Shown: positions 18,625 to 28,190 of the stretch, piece after piece
How positions within the stretch are numbered: position 1 is the first letter of the stretch
How the letters are laid out: each line of letters begins with the position of its first letter
NCBI GenBank assembly: GCA_012515515.1
Contig: JAAYYE010000010.1
Span: 18,258-82,257, forward strand
DNA length: 64,000 bases
From: Minisyncoccota bacterium
Lineage (GTDB): Bacteria; Patescibacteriota; Microgenomatia; UBA1400; PJMF01
Reading direction: 5' to 3'
Notes under the pieces: model-generated
Seen by the model: the letters and a program-made list of their open reading frames with translations, nothing else
Told to the model about the DNA's origin: nothing
The model's database searches: none
Made by a program: the position numbers and the translations under genes

Positions 18625-19629
18625 ATGTCTAGAGCAAGAAAAAAAAGCACTGCTCGTTCTTATCGTCCTAAAAAAATGACTTTTAAAGAAGGCTTCTATA
18701 ATTTGTTTTCACCTGGGAAGAAAAACTACCATCGTCCACAACTTTTACATCCAGAATCATTAATGCTTTTGTCTTTTGTGGTGCTAGCTGTTTTTGCTCT
18801 ATTCAATGCGGTTCGTTTTTTTCCAAGCCTAGCTGATAAAATCCTTGGTTTTGCAACAAATATTGATGTGAATCAGGTCCTAGTTGCCACCAACGACAAG
18901 CGAACGAGTATGGGCTTGAGTCCTCTGCAAATCAATGAAAAACTTAATCAGGCTGCCCTAGCCAAAGCTCAACACATGTTTAGTGAGCAATACTGGGCTC
19001 ATAGTGCTCCAGACGGTACTCAGCCCTGGGTTTTCATTAAAAATGCTGGTTATGTGTATAAATATGCTGGTGAAAATTTAGCTAGAGATTTTGATACAAC
19101 TGATGAAATGGTAAAAGCTTGGATGAACTCGCCAACTCATAAAGAAAATATTATCAATCCAAATTTTACTGAAATTGGGCTAGCGGTGGTCAATGGCACC
19201 CTCAATGGATTTAGTACTACTTTAGTGGTTCAAATGTTTGGTGCTCCAGGAGCGGTTGAACTTAAGCAAACTGCAGAGGGAAGGGCAATTAATTTACCAG
19301 CTCCAGCTAACAACAATATTGGAGAATTGTCAGCGGGAAATTTACAAACTGATGTTGTTGAATCAGAATTGGCGGGTAGCGATAGTTTAGGCCTCGTTGA
19401 AGGTGAAAAATCAGCGAGTGGAAAAATTCTTTTTTCACCGATTTATTTAACTAAGACATTTTTCTTATTAATTGTGGTCTTAATCATTTTAACTTTAGTT
19501 TACGACAGTTTTGTTTCAAAAAATGCACGCTACGAACGAATTGTTGGTCAAAATTTTGCGCATATTATGCTATTTCTAACTGTTGGTTTTTTGTTAATTC
19601 TATTTCGAGGAGGAACGATTATTCCCTGA
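18625..19629 (+). CDS. CAP/SCP/PR-1-like (YkwD-type) domain protein with N- and C-terminal TM segments
   Basis: CAP signature elements are present: HMFSEQYWAHS, GENLARDF, W(M)NSPTHKENIINPNFTEIG. An N-terminal hydrophobic helix follows a basic tail, and there are two C-terminal hydrophobic helices. Confidence 0.7.
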   Translation: MSRARKKSTARSYRPKKMTFKEGFYNLFSPGKKNYHRPQLLHPESLMLLSFVVLAVFALFNAVRFFPSLADKILGFATNIDVNQVLVATNDKRTSMGLSPLQINEKLNQAALAKAQHMFSEQYWAHSAPDGTQPWVFIKNAGYVYKYAGENLARDFDTTDEMVKAWMNSPTHKENIINPNFTEIGLAVVNGTLNGFSTTLVVQMFGAPGAVELKQTAEGRAINLPAPANNNIGELSAGNLQTDVVESELAGSDSLGLVEGEKSASGKILFSPIYLTKTFFLLIVVLIILTLVYDSFVSKNARYERIVGQNFAHIMLFLTVGFLLILFRGGTIIP

Positions 19630-19632
19630 GGT

Positions 19633-19890
19633 ATGCCGAAACTACTCAAAAAACACCGCCTAGCTTATCTAATTTTGTTTTTGTTTTTAGCGATTTTTGC
19701 TTATCTTTTTTCTCGTTTCTGGATTGATAAAATGTTACAAAGGTACTTAGCCTTAGCTATTGGGCTTGGGTATTTTTTTTGGGGTGTCCTTACTCATGTA
19801 AAAAGTAGTAAAATTACCAGTGAAATTATTTTTGAGTATTTGGCTATGTCGATGTTGGCAGTCTTATTATTAATCTTAATTACGCTTTAA
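19633..19890 (+). CDS. Small hypothetical membrane protein (85 aa, 3 TM)
   Basis: Hydrophobic ORF only. Confidence 0.3.
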   Translation: MPKLLKKHRLAYLILFLFLAIFAYLFSRFWIDKMLQRYLALAIGLGYFFWGVLTHVKSSKITSEIIFEYLAMSMLAVLLLILITL

Positions 19891-19932
19891 GTTTTTTATG
19901 ATAAGATTTGAAATCAATAAAAAGAGGAGCAT

Positions 19933-20664
19933 ATGCAAGAAAAAAATATGAAGGGCATTATTCTAGCAGGAGGAAGTGGGACGCGTTTGTCGCCACTCAC
20001 GAAAGTTACCAGCAAGCAATTATTGCCCATTTATGATCTGCCAATGATTCACTTTCCTTTAGAAACATTAAGGCAGGCAGGGATTGTCGACATATTATTT
20101 ATTGTTGCTCCAGATCATGCTGGTGATTTTTTGAAATATTTGGGCAGTGGTAAGGATTTTAATTGCCATTTTTCCTACGAGATTCAGGATAAACCTCAGG
20201 GAATTGCTCAAGCTTTTCAGATTGGTAAAGATTTTATTGATGAAGACAATGTGGCCTTGATTTTAGGCGATAATTTATTTGAGGATGATTTTTCTCAATC
20301 AATTCAGAGTTTTAAAACTGGTGGGAGAATTTTTGCTAAAAAAGTTGCTGATCCAGAGAGGTTTGGCGTAGTAGAGTTTGACGAACAAAATCGAGCCATT
20401 TCCATCGAAGAAAAACCAAGCAATCCTAAGTCGAATTATTGTGTGACCGGGCTTTATATATATGACAACACAGTCGTTGAAAAAGTGAAAAATTTAGATT
20501 TTTCACCGAGAGGAGAATTAGAAATAACGGATTTAAATAATTTATATTTAAAAGAAGGCTCTTTAGATGTAGCTTTTGTTGAAGGTGCTTGGTTTGATAC
20601 TGGGACTTTTGAATCAATGTTTGAAGCCACCCAGCTTATTCGAGACAGGCGTTTAGCTAAATAA
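19933..20664 (+). CDS. Sugar-phosphate nucleotidyltransferase, RmlA-like (glucose-1-phosphate thymidylyltransferase family, short form)
   Basis: N-terminal GIILAGGSGTRLSPLT signature; a good RBS (AAAGAGGAG) upstream. At 243 aa it is shorter than canonical RmlA. Confidence 0.75.
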   Translation: MQEKNMKGIILAGGSGTRLSPLTKVTSKQLLPIYDLPMIHFPLETLRQAGIVDILFIVAPDHAGDFLKYLGSGKDFNCHFSYEIQDKPQGIAQAFQIGKDFIDEDNVALILGDNLFEDDFSQSIQSFKTGGRIFAKKVADPERFGVVEFDEQNRAISIEEKPSNPKSNYCVTGLYIYDNTVVEKVKNLDFSPRGELEITDLNNLYLKEGSLDVAFVEGAWFDTGTFESMFEATQLIRDRRLAK

Positions 20665-20679
20665 ACTAACAAAGAAAAA

Positions 20680-21525
20680 ATGTCTTATCAAATAAATAAT
20701 AAAAATAAAAAAATTAGCTTGATCTTGTTTTTTTGTTTGGTGGTGGCATTAGCTATGGTGAGAGTTCATTTGGTTAGAGCAGATGAGTCAGCAGCTAAAA
20801 CAGATCTCATTTGGCAAAAAGAGAGATTAGAAGCAGAAATTACTCAAGCTCGCCAAGATTACAATCAAAGTTTAGAGGAATATCGAAACAAAGAAAGAGT
20901 TTATGATATTGCCTACGATCAATACGCTTCCCTAAAAACTTTGGCCACCTTAGAAGATTTAGTGGTTAAAACTAAAGCAGTTGCTGTCAGCAGAGATCAG
21001 GTTTTAATGAATTATTTCGAGTTATTAAAACTCAATCTTTTTGCCAGCGAAGGTGTTGAATTATCAGTGAAAAACCAATATTTAAACTTAATAGAAGACA
21101 AAATAGGATTGTTAAAAAAACATCATGAGCGTTTGCAAGAAAAAAATAGTCAAAGTGAAGTGCAAGAGAGCTTAGAAGATTTTGCTGAAATAAGTGATTT
21201 AGAAAAAATCAGCCAACAAGTGTTGGCTTTACTGGCTATTTCTCGTTTACAAAGAGTGTATGATTTAGCTATCCCACTTAAAAAAGATATTGACAGTTTT
21301 CGTGATCTTGAAGAGCTGAGTGCTTTGAGCGCGCTAGTCAGAGCTTCAGAAGAAACTGATAAAACGCTAGGTCAGGCTAAAAGTAATCTCAAGCTTTTGT
21401 GGGAAAAGGCAGAAAAAACTAATTCTCTAGAAACTATTTATCGCAATCTAACCACCGAGCTCAACCCAGTCTATATTAATTTATCTCAATCTTTAACTTA
21501 TTTAGGTGAATTATTGAAACTTTAA
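20680..21525 (+). CDS. Hypothetical secreted coiled-coil protein
   Basis: N-terminal TM/signal segment, then a long predicted coiled coil. No motif recognised. Confidence 0.35.
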   Translation: MSYQINNKNKKISLILFFCLVVALAMVRVHLVRADESAAKTDLIWQKERLEAEITQARQDYNQSLEEYRNKERVYDIAYDQYASLKTLATLEDLVVKTKAVAVSRDQVLMNYFELLKLNLFASEGVELSVKNQYLNLIEDKIGLLKKHHERLQEKNSQSEVQESLEDFAEISDLEKISQQVLALLAISRLQRVYDLAIPLKKDIDSFRDLEELSALSALVRASEETDKTLGQAKSNLKLLWEKAEKTNSLETIYRNLTTELNPVYINLSQSLTYLGELLKL

Positions 21526-21533
21526 ATAAACTT

Positions 21534-21902
21534 ATGGCAAAAGACAATTTATTTATAAATAGCGATCAGACGGTTTTTGTTGATCAAGCTCCCCTGTGGC
21601 GAAAAACTTCACAGAATAAAATTGATTTAAAAAGTAATCTAACTAAAAACAAAAATTTAAAGCCTTTTTATTTTTTGATGGCAGGAACTTTTTTATTACT
21701 TGCTTTTTATATTATTATTTTTTATTTACCTAAAAGAGAAAAGCCAGTTGTTGTTGATGACCCTGAAGTAGTTGAAGAAATTTTAGAAGCTGATCCGCTT
21801 GAACAAAGAGTTGACCAACTACAAAAAGATTTGAAGAATGCTGATCCCACTCGTCAAACCTTAGCTTTTCCTAATATTAATTTCAAAATCCGTTTTCCTT
21901 AA
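21534..21902 (+). CDS. Hypothetical single-pass membrane protein
   Basis: Central hydrophobic helix (FYFLMAGTFLLLAFYIIIFYL). Confidence 0.3.
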   Translation: MAKDNLFINSDQTVFVDQAPLWRKTSQNKIDLKSNLTKNKNLKPFYFLMAGTFLLLAFYIIIFYLPKREKPVVVDDPEVVEEILEADPLEQRVDQLQKDLKNADPTRQTLAFPNINFKIRFP

Positions 21903-21923
21903 AATTTGTTACAATCTACTTAT

Positions 21924-22478
21924 ATGTTAATTGACCCAGCCAGCTATCGTCCAAGATTTACTAAAGCCATTGAATACGTGAAGCAAGAATTTAATTCCTT
22001 AAGAACCGGGCGTGCTTCGGCACACATTCTTGATTCAGTAAAGGTTGATGCCTATGGCAATCAAATGTCTATCACTGAATTAGCTAGTATTTCTGTTCCA
22101 GATTCACAGTTAATCATCATTAAACCCTGGGATAAAAGTCTCTTGTCTGTTATTGAAAAAGCAATTCGCGTGGCCCAGCTCAATCTAAACCCCATAGTTG
22201 ATCAAGAATTAATTAGAGTGCCGGTTCCTACTTTAACCACCGAGCGTCGTCATGAATTGGTCAAAATTTTGCATCAGCGGGCAGAGGATGGTCGGATCAT
22301 GATGAGGCAAATTAGGGCTGATCTTCGCAAAGAAATTGAGAAACAAGAGGGTGAGGCTGGAGTTAGCGAAGATGATATTAAGAAAAGTTTCAGTCAAATT
22401 GACGATCAAGTTAAAAGTTCTATTGAAGAAATTGAAAATCTAGTAGCCAAAAAAGAAGAAGAGTTGTTGAGTATTTAA
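21924..22478 (+). CDS. frr: Ribosome recycling factor
   Basis: LRTGRASAHILDSVKVDAYG ... PVPTLTTERRHELVKI aligns with E. coli RRF. The ATG at 21924 gives a 185-aa product; the ORF track extends it to a TTG at 21906. Confidence 0.85.
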   Translation: MLIDPASYRPRFTKAIEYVKQEFNSLRTGRASAHILDSVKVDAYGNQMSITELASISVPDSQLIIIKPWDKSLLSVIEKAIRVAQLNLNPIVDQELIRVPVPTLTTERRHELVKILHQRAEDGRIMMRQIRADLRKEIEKQEGEAGVSEDDIKKSFSQIDDQVKSSIEEIENLVAKKEEELLSI

Positions 22479-22480
22479 TC

Positions 22481-23647
22481 ATGTACGAAATTATTATTTT
22501 TGTCTTAATTTTATCTTTTTTAGTCACAATTCATGAATTGGGACACTATTTATTAGCCAGAAAAAACAAAATTATAATTAAGGAGTTCGGACTTGGTTAT
22601 CCACCTCGTTTACTTAAACTATTCACCTTTCAAGGCACTGTTTTTTCCCTAAATGCTATTCCCTTCGGCGGTTTTGTAAAATTAGATGGTGAAGATGGTC
22701 CAGAAGAAGGTGAACAGGAATTACTTGATCAAAAAAAGACAAAACCAGCCGCCAAGGACAAAAGCAAGGGTTGGGGGCCATTTTTTGAAAAATCAATGTC
22801 GGCTCGTTTGCAAACCTTAGCGGCAGGAGCTTTTTTTAATTTTATTTTTGGAATTTTAGTTTTTAGTCTGGTTTATATTATCACCGGTGTTCCTCAAGAG
22901 TTGGGCAATCAAGCGCGAATTTATGAATTAAGCGAAAACTCTCCAGCTAAAATGGCTGGTATGCTGCCAAACACCAATATCATTGCTCTGTACAGTGATC
23001 AAGATGAACAGTGGGTTCAAGTGAGTAGTGTTGCCCAGGTACAAGAATACGTAGCTCATCATTTAGGAGAGGACATTAAAGTAAAGGCAACTAATCCCTG
23101 TCACAACACTGTTTGTCCAGACGACTATCAAGAGTTTTCCGTTTATTTAAGACGAGAGACAGAAAGACCCGAGTCAGAGGGTGCCATTGGGGTGGTATTT
23201 ACAGATATGATTATTGAACAAGCTCCTTGGTATGTAGCACTCATAAAAGGGCCTTATTACGCTATTAAAGATGCTTTAGGCTTGAGTATTTCAATTTTAC
23301 AGGCTTTGGGCAAGCTAATTGTTGACTTAATTAAAGGACAATCTGTGTCGACGGATGTCGCTGGTCCAGTCGGTATTGTTCAACAAATTCAAACCCATGG
23401 TTATTTTGACGGAGGTTTCCTTAAAATTATTACTTTTGCGGCATTATTGTCAATTAATTTGGCCGTGATGAACATGTTGCCCATCCCAGCTTTAGATGGT
23501 GGCAGAGTCTTTTTTATTCTATTAGAAAAATTATTTCCTAAAGAAAAAATTGAAAAAATAGCTAATTGGGCAAACTATGTTGGGTTTTTTATTTTAATTT
23601 TATTAATGATTGTTGTTTCTGTTAATGATGTGTTGAGACTTTTTTAA
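22481..23647 (+). CDS. rseP: RIP zinc metalloprotease RseP (site-2 protease, M50 family)
   Basis: HExxH motif in TM1 (HELGHYLLAR), a central PDZ-like region, and the C-terminal LDGG motif (PIPALDGGRVFF). Confidence 0.8.
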   Translation: MYEIIIFVLILSFLVTIHELGHYLLARKNKIIIKEFGLGYPPRLLKLFTFQGTVFSLNAIPFGGFVKLDGEDGPEEGEQELLDQKKTKPAAKDKSKGWGPFFEKSMSARLQTLAAGAFFNFIFGILVFSLVYIITGVPQELGNQARIYELSENSPAKMAGMLPNTNIIALYSDQDEQWVQVSSVAQVQEYVAHHLGEDIKVKATNPCHNTVCPDDYQEFSVYLRRETERPESEGAIGVVFTDMIIEQAPWYVALIKGPYYAIKDALGLSISILQALGKLIVDLIKGQSVSTDVAGPVGIVQQIQTHGYFDGGFLKIITFAALLSINLAVMNMLPIPALDGGRVFFILLEKLFPKEKIEKIANWANYVGFFILILLMIVVSVNDVLRLF

Positions 23648-23673
23648 TAGTAATTTTGTTATATAAAGATCTT

Positions 23674-23922
23674 ATGGCAAAAAAACGTAGCAAAGCAGAT
23701 AAAATTCGAGCTCGCGAGCGTTTGAAAAACGCTGTTAAGCCAGAAACAAAGCAAGAAAAATTGTTATCAAGCACACAAGCTCCGGAAAAATCAATAAACA
23801 GCAAAGCCTCTGACCTATTTCATGCTGAGCTGAAATATATTAAACAAGACTTAAGAAAAACTGGCTTAGTTACTCTAGTTGTTTTAGTAGTTTTAGCTTT
23901 AATAACTTTGCGCTATACTTAG
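23674..23922 (+). CDS. Small basic tail-anchored protein
   Basis: Lys/Arg-rich N-terminus with a single C-terminal TM (LVTLVVLVVLALITL). Weak support. Confidence 0.3.
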   Translation: MAKKRSKADKIRARERLKNAVKPETKQEKLLSSTQAPEKSINSKASDLFHAELKYIKQDLRKTGLVTLVVLVVLALITLRYT

Positions 23923-23956
23923 TTTTGTCAAATTCAAGAAAGGCAGTAGAACAAAT

Positions 23957-25144
23957 ATGTCTAAAAAAAATTTAATTATTTTATTATGTGTTTATTTAGC
24001 ATCTAGCTTTGTGTCTTTTTTCACTTTTTCCTATTTTTCTAAAAAAGCCACTGCAGGTAGCCAAGTAGCTCAAGAACAACAAGAATCATTACTGGCTGGC
24101 TTATTAAATATCGATCCCAATGAAGCCAAGGATCAAGCCTGTCCATTAAACGGCAAATATTACACATTAACAGAAAAAAATGCTTGGGAAACTCGACGAC
24201 CACTATTTGTCATGATCGAAAACTCTCCCGATGCCAGACCTCACTCAGGATTAAGTAGAGCTGACGTGATTTTTGAAGCGGTGGCTGAGGGTGGAGTGAC
24301 TCGTTTTGGTGCTCTTTATTATTGTGCAGCACAAAATGAAAACGTCATCATTGCTCCAGTGCGTAGTGCTCGTACTTATTTTGTAGACTGGGCTTCCGGC
24401 TTTAATTTACCATTATATGTACATGTCGGAGGAGCCAATGTGGCTGGTCCAAGCAATGCCTTAGGACAAATTGGCGATTATGGTTGGCGAGGGGAAAACG
24501 ACATGGATCAATTTTCCATTGGTTATCCAACTTTTGTCCGTAATTACAGTCGTGTTCCTGGTAAAGAAGTTGCTACCGAGCACACTATGCAATCTGATAC
24601 TGAAGCATTATGGGAAGTGGCAACTGAACGAGGTTGGACCAACTTAACACCAGCCAGGACAATTGGCTATCAAAAAGTTGCTGCTGCCCCATGGCAGGAT
24701 CATTACCAAGGCTGGACTTATGAAACAGAAATTCCAACGCCAGGTTTAGTGCAAAAAATCAGCTATGATTTTTGGTCTGGATATAATCAATTTTCTGTAG
24801 AATGGAACTACGACCAGGAGCTAGACGCTTATAAAAGAAGTACTGCTGGAGAAGAACAACGTGATTTAAATAATGATGAGGTGATGGCATCAAGCACCGT
24901 CATAGTTTTATTTGCCCAAGAAAAAGGCCCGATTAATGAGCTAAAACACATGCTTTATACCACCACTGGACGAGGCAAGGCCCTAATCTTTAAACATGGT
25001 CAAGACCCAATTGATGCCAATTGGAGCAAAGCTAGCAGAGAAGCGGAGTTAGAATTTACCGATGTTCGCGGTAAAGCAATTGAGCTAGCAAGAGGTCAAG
25101 TCTGGATCAGTGTTCTTGCCACTGGCAGCGAAGTTGTTTACTAA
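23957..25144 (+). CDS. DUF3048-like (YerB-type) membrane-anchored exported protein
   Basis: N-terminal TM, then PLFVMIENSPDARPHSGLSRADVIFEAVAEGGVTRFGALY, which resembles the DUF3048 N-terminal domain of Bacillus YerB. Confidence 0.5.
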   Translation: MSKKNLIILLCVYLASSFVSFFTFSYFSKKATAGSQVAQEQQESLLAGLLNIDPNEAKDQACPLNGKYYTLTEKNAWETRRPLFVMIENSPDARPHSGLSRADVIFEAVAEGGVTRFGALYYCAAQNENVIIAPVRSARTYFVDWASGFNLPLYVHVGGANVAGPSNALGQIGDYGWRGENDMDQFSIGYPTFVRNYSRVPGKEVATEHTMQSDTEALWEVATERGWTNLTPARTIGYQKVAAAPWQDHYQGWTYETEIPTPGLVQKISYDFWSGYNQFSVEWNYDQELDAYKRSTAGEEQRDLNNDEVMASSTVIVLFAQEKGPINELKHMLYTTTGRGKALIFKHGQDPIDANWSKASREAELEFTDVRGKAIELARGQVWISVLATGSEVVY

Positions 25145-25164
25145 AAAGATTTGTCTTTAATAAG

Positions 25165-25191
25165 AAGCCGGCGATAGCCGGCTTATTTTTA
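25165..25191 (+). terminator. Rho-independent terminator (AAGCCGGC-GATA-GCCGGCTT followed by ATTTTT)
   Basis: GC-rich 8-bp stem plus a T-run, 20 nt after the stop at 25144. Confidence 0.75.
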
Positions 25192-25287
25192 CTAATTGTA
25201 GCGAATTTATCTCTTGTATTTTTGTTTTTAATCGCTTAAAATTGAGTAAATATTTGTTTCAAAATTAATCATTAACATAAGGGAAAT

Positions 25288-25887
25288 ATGTCTTGTCTCA
25301 ATGATTTATTAATTTCTAAGGTGAGAGTTAAAGTATTAGAATTATTCTTCAAAAACCCTGAAGAAATTTATTATGTTCGAGAAATTACTCGCCTTGTCAA
25401 AGAAGAAATTAACGCAGTCAGAAGAGAGCTAGAACGAATGTTAGAGTGTGGTTTGTTAAAAAGTGAACAAAGAGCTAATCGTTTATATTATTATTTAAAC
25501 AAAAACTATCTTTACTATCAAGAATTACAAAGAATTGTGGCCAAAAGCACTGGTTTAGGTAAAAAAATTCGTCGTTACCGCCGTAAACTTGGCACCTTAT
25601 CCTTTGTTGTTTTTTCTGGAACTTTTATTGCTCATCAAACTCCTCGCCCCGACGAACTAGATATTATTTTTGTTGGTGATGTGGTCTTGCCCGAATTAGA
25701 GCAATTAATCAAGGCTGAGCAGGTTGAGTTGGGAAGAGAAATCAACTACGCGGTCTTAAGTGCTGATGAATTTGAATTTCGCAAAACTCGTCGCGATCCT
25801 TTTGTAATGGAATTTCTTTACGCTGTGAGAGCGATGATTATTGGTGAAGAAAATGAATTTGTGCAGCGAAATTTACCAACTAATTAA
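25288..25887 (+). CDS. Winged-HTH plus nucleotidyltransferase-like domain protein
   Basis: N-terminal ArsR/MarR-like HTH (VRVKVLELFF ... VREITRLVKEEINAVRRELERMLECGLL). The C-terminus carries a Pol-beta-type pattern FSGTFIAHQTPRPDELDIIFVGD (G[ST] ... DxD). Confidence 0.4.
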   Translation: MSCLNDLLISKVRVKVLELFFKNPEEIYYVREITRLVKEEINAVRRELERMLECGLLKSEQRANRLYYYLNKNYLYYQELQRIVAKSTGLGKKIRRYRRKLGTLSFVVFSGTFIAHQTPRPDELDIIFVGDVVLPELEQLIKAEQVELGREINYAVLSADEFEFRKTRRDPFVMEFLYAVRAMIIGEENEFVQRNLPTN

Positions 25888-25902
25888 TAGATTATTCACT
25901 CC

Positions 25903-27297
25903 ATGATAAAAAAAACAAAACCGAGCGCTCTAATATTACTCTTAGTATTGTTTTTAATTGGCGCTTACATCGCTTTTCCTAATCGTTTGACTGTAGATCA
26001 GAAATTATTTAACAAGCAGATTAAATTTGAAATTAATAAAAAGCCGATTGATTTTTATTTTTGGGGAAAACATATTTATAAAGATTTTCAATTAAAAAAA
26101 GGTTTGGACATTCAGGGTGGAATGCAGGTAGTTTTAAGAGCCAACATGGATGAGATTGTTCCTGAAAATCGAGATGCCGCTTTAGAATCAGCTCGAGAAA
26201 TTATTAGTCGCAGGGTTGATTTATATGGCATTAGTGAGCCGACCATTCAAGCAGCTCGTTTTGAAAATGATTATCGATTAATTGTGGAATTGCCCGGCGT
26301 CGATGATCCACAACAAGCTTTGGATTTGGTTGGAAAAACTGCTGAATTAGAGTTTCTCATCGAAAAAGAATTGACTGAAGAGGAAATAGCTGTTGCGACT
26401 CAATCAGCTGATTTTTTAAATACTTATTTTGTTGAAACAGGTTTGACTGGTCAGCAACTAAAACTTGCACAATTACAATTTGATCAACAAACTAACAAGC
26501 CGCTCATTGCCCTGGAGTTTAATGATCAGGGTCGTGATTTGTTTGCGGATATTACCAAAAATAATATTGACAAAGTTTTAGCAATTTTCATGGATGGATC
26601 GCCAGTGGTCATGCCCAGAATTTCTACTGCCATTTTAGATGGTCGTGCAGTGATGACGGGCGATTTTACAATTGATGAAGCCAAGAATTTAGCCATTCAA
26701 CTCAATGCAGGAGCTTTACCAGTTAGAATTGAAGTCTTAGAGCAAAAAAATATTGGTGCAAGTTTAGGTGATAATTCAGTGCAAAAAAGCATTAATGCTG
26801 GTTTGGTGGGTTTAGCCATGGTAATTTTGTTTATGATTCTGTATTACGGCTGGTTGGGTTTTATTTCATCCATCGCTTTAATTATTTATGCGACTTTAAC
26901 CATTGCTCTTTATAAAATTATTGGAGTGGTCTTAACAGTGCCTGGAATAGCTGGTTTGATTATTACGATTGGCATGGCACTTGATGCTAATATTCTGATT
27001 TTTGAAAGAATGAAAGAGGAACAGCGCGCAGGTAAATCATATGCAGAATCAATGGAACTGGGTTTTGGTCGAGCTTGGGATACGGTTAAGGATGCCAATT
27101 TGGCGTCAATTGTTACCGCTCTAGTTTTAATTAATCCGCTTAATTTATCTTTTTTAAACACTAGTGGTTTAGTTAAGGGCTTTGGCATTACTTTTTTACT
27201 GGGGAGTTTATTGAGCATGTTTACTGGTGTTACTGTGTCAAGAATTTTAGTGCGCCTTATTATGCCACTAGTTAAAGCTAAGGAATTTAAATCATGA
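25903..27297 (+). CDS. secD: Protein translocase subunit SecD
   Basis: N-terminal TM, a periplasmic domain with GLDIQGG, and a C-terminal 5-TM bundle. Confidence 0.85.
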   Translation: MIKKTKPSALILLLVLFLIGAYIAFPNRLTVDQKLFNKQIKFEINKKPIDFYFWGKHIYKDFQLKKGLDIQGGMQVVLRANMDEIVPENRDAALESAREIISRRVDLYGISEPTIQAARFENDYRLIVELPGVDDPQQALDLVGKTAELEFLIEKELTEEEIAVATQSADFLNTYFVETGLTGQQLKLAQLQFDQQTNKPLIALEFNDQGRDLFADITKNNIDKVLAIFMDGSPVVMPRISTAILDGRAVMTGDFTIDEAKNLAIQLNAGALPVRIEVLEQKNIGASLGDNSVQKSINAGLVGLAMVILFMILYYGWLGFISSIALIIYATLTIALYKIIGVVLTVPGIAGLIITIGMALDANILIFERMKEEQRAGKSYAESMELGFGRAWDTVKDANLASIVTALVLINPLNLSFLNTSGLVKGFGITFLLGSLLSMFTGVTVSRILVRLIMPLVKAKEFKS

Positions 27298-28190
27298 ATC
27301 TAATGAAATATAAAAAATTATATTTTTTCATATCAGCGATTTTTTTAATTCCAGGATTAATTTCTCTAATGCTATATGGTTTAAAACCAGCGATTGATTT
27401 TGCTGGAGGTAGCTTATTAGAAATCAATCTTCTCAACAAAGAATCAAGCACTATTGAAGAACAAGAAGAATTAAAAAATGATTTGCAGCCAGTGTTTGCG
27501 GTTGATACGATCCAAACCAGTGGCCCCAACAGCGAAATTTTCCGAGGTAAAGAAATAAGCAATGAAGCAAAGGAACAAGCTTTAGCTATCATTGAAGAGC
27601 GGTATGGCGAAATCGAATTACTGCGTTTTGAAAGTATTGGTCCGGTTTTGGGCCAAGAATTATTAAAAAAAGCTATTAACGCTGTTTTAATAGTGGCAGG
27701 TGTAATTATTATCTATATATGGCAACAATTTCATGATTTAAAATACGGTATTTCTGCTGTTTTAGCGATGTTTCACGATACATTAATTTTACTGGGAATT
27801 TTTAGTTTATTGGGACACTTTTCTGGCGTCGAAGTTGATGTTTTATTTATCACCGCGGTCTTAACTTCTTTATCATTCTCCATTCATGACACCATTGTTG
27901 TTTATAATCGCATCCGCGAATTGAAAAAAACCCATCGACAATTATCTTTAACAGCAATTGCCAATTTAGCAGTTGGCAAAACCCTAAGTCGCTCAATCAA
28001 TGATTCCTTGACGATTATTATTATGTTGTTATCCTTGGTTTTACTTGGCGGTGAGAGTATTCGTTATTTTTCTTTAGCTCTCTTAATTGGAGCCATAACC
28101 GGCACTTATTCCAGTAGTTTTATTGCTGTGCCAATTCTACTTGTTTGGGAAGAAATTAGTAATAAACGTGCGCAAGCTAAAAGCAATTAA
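27294..28190 (+). CDS. secF: Protein translocase subunit SecF
   Basis: AIDFAGGS motif plus a C-terminal TM bundle. Overlaps secD by 4 nt. Confidence 0.85.
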   Translation: MNLMKYKKLYFFISAIFLIPGLISLMLYGLKPAIDFAGGSLLEINLLNKESSTIEEQEELKNDLQPVFAVDTIQTSGPNSEIFRGKEISNEAKEQALAIIEERYGEIELLRFESIGPVLGQELLKKAINAVLIVAGVIIIYIWQQFHDLKYGISAVLAMFHDTLILLGIFSLLGHFSGVEVDVLFITAVLTSLSFSIHDTIVVYNRIRELKKTHRQLSLTAIANLAVGKTLSRSINDSLTIIIMLLSLVLLGGESIRYFSLALLIGAITGTYSSSFIAVPILLVWEEISNKRAQAKSN

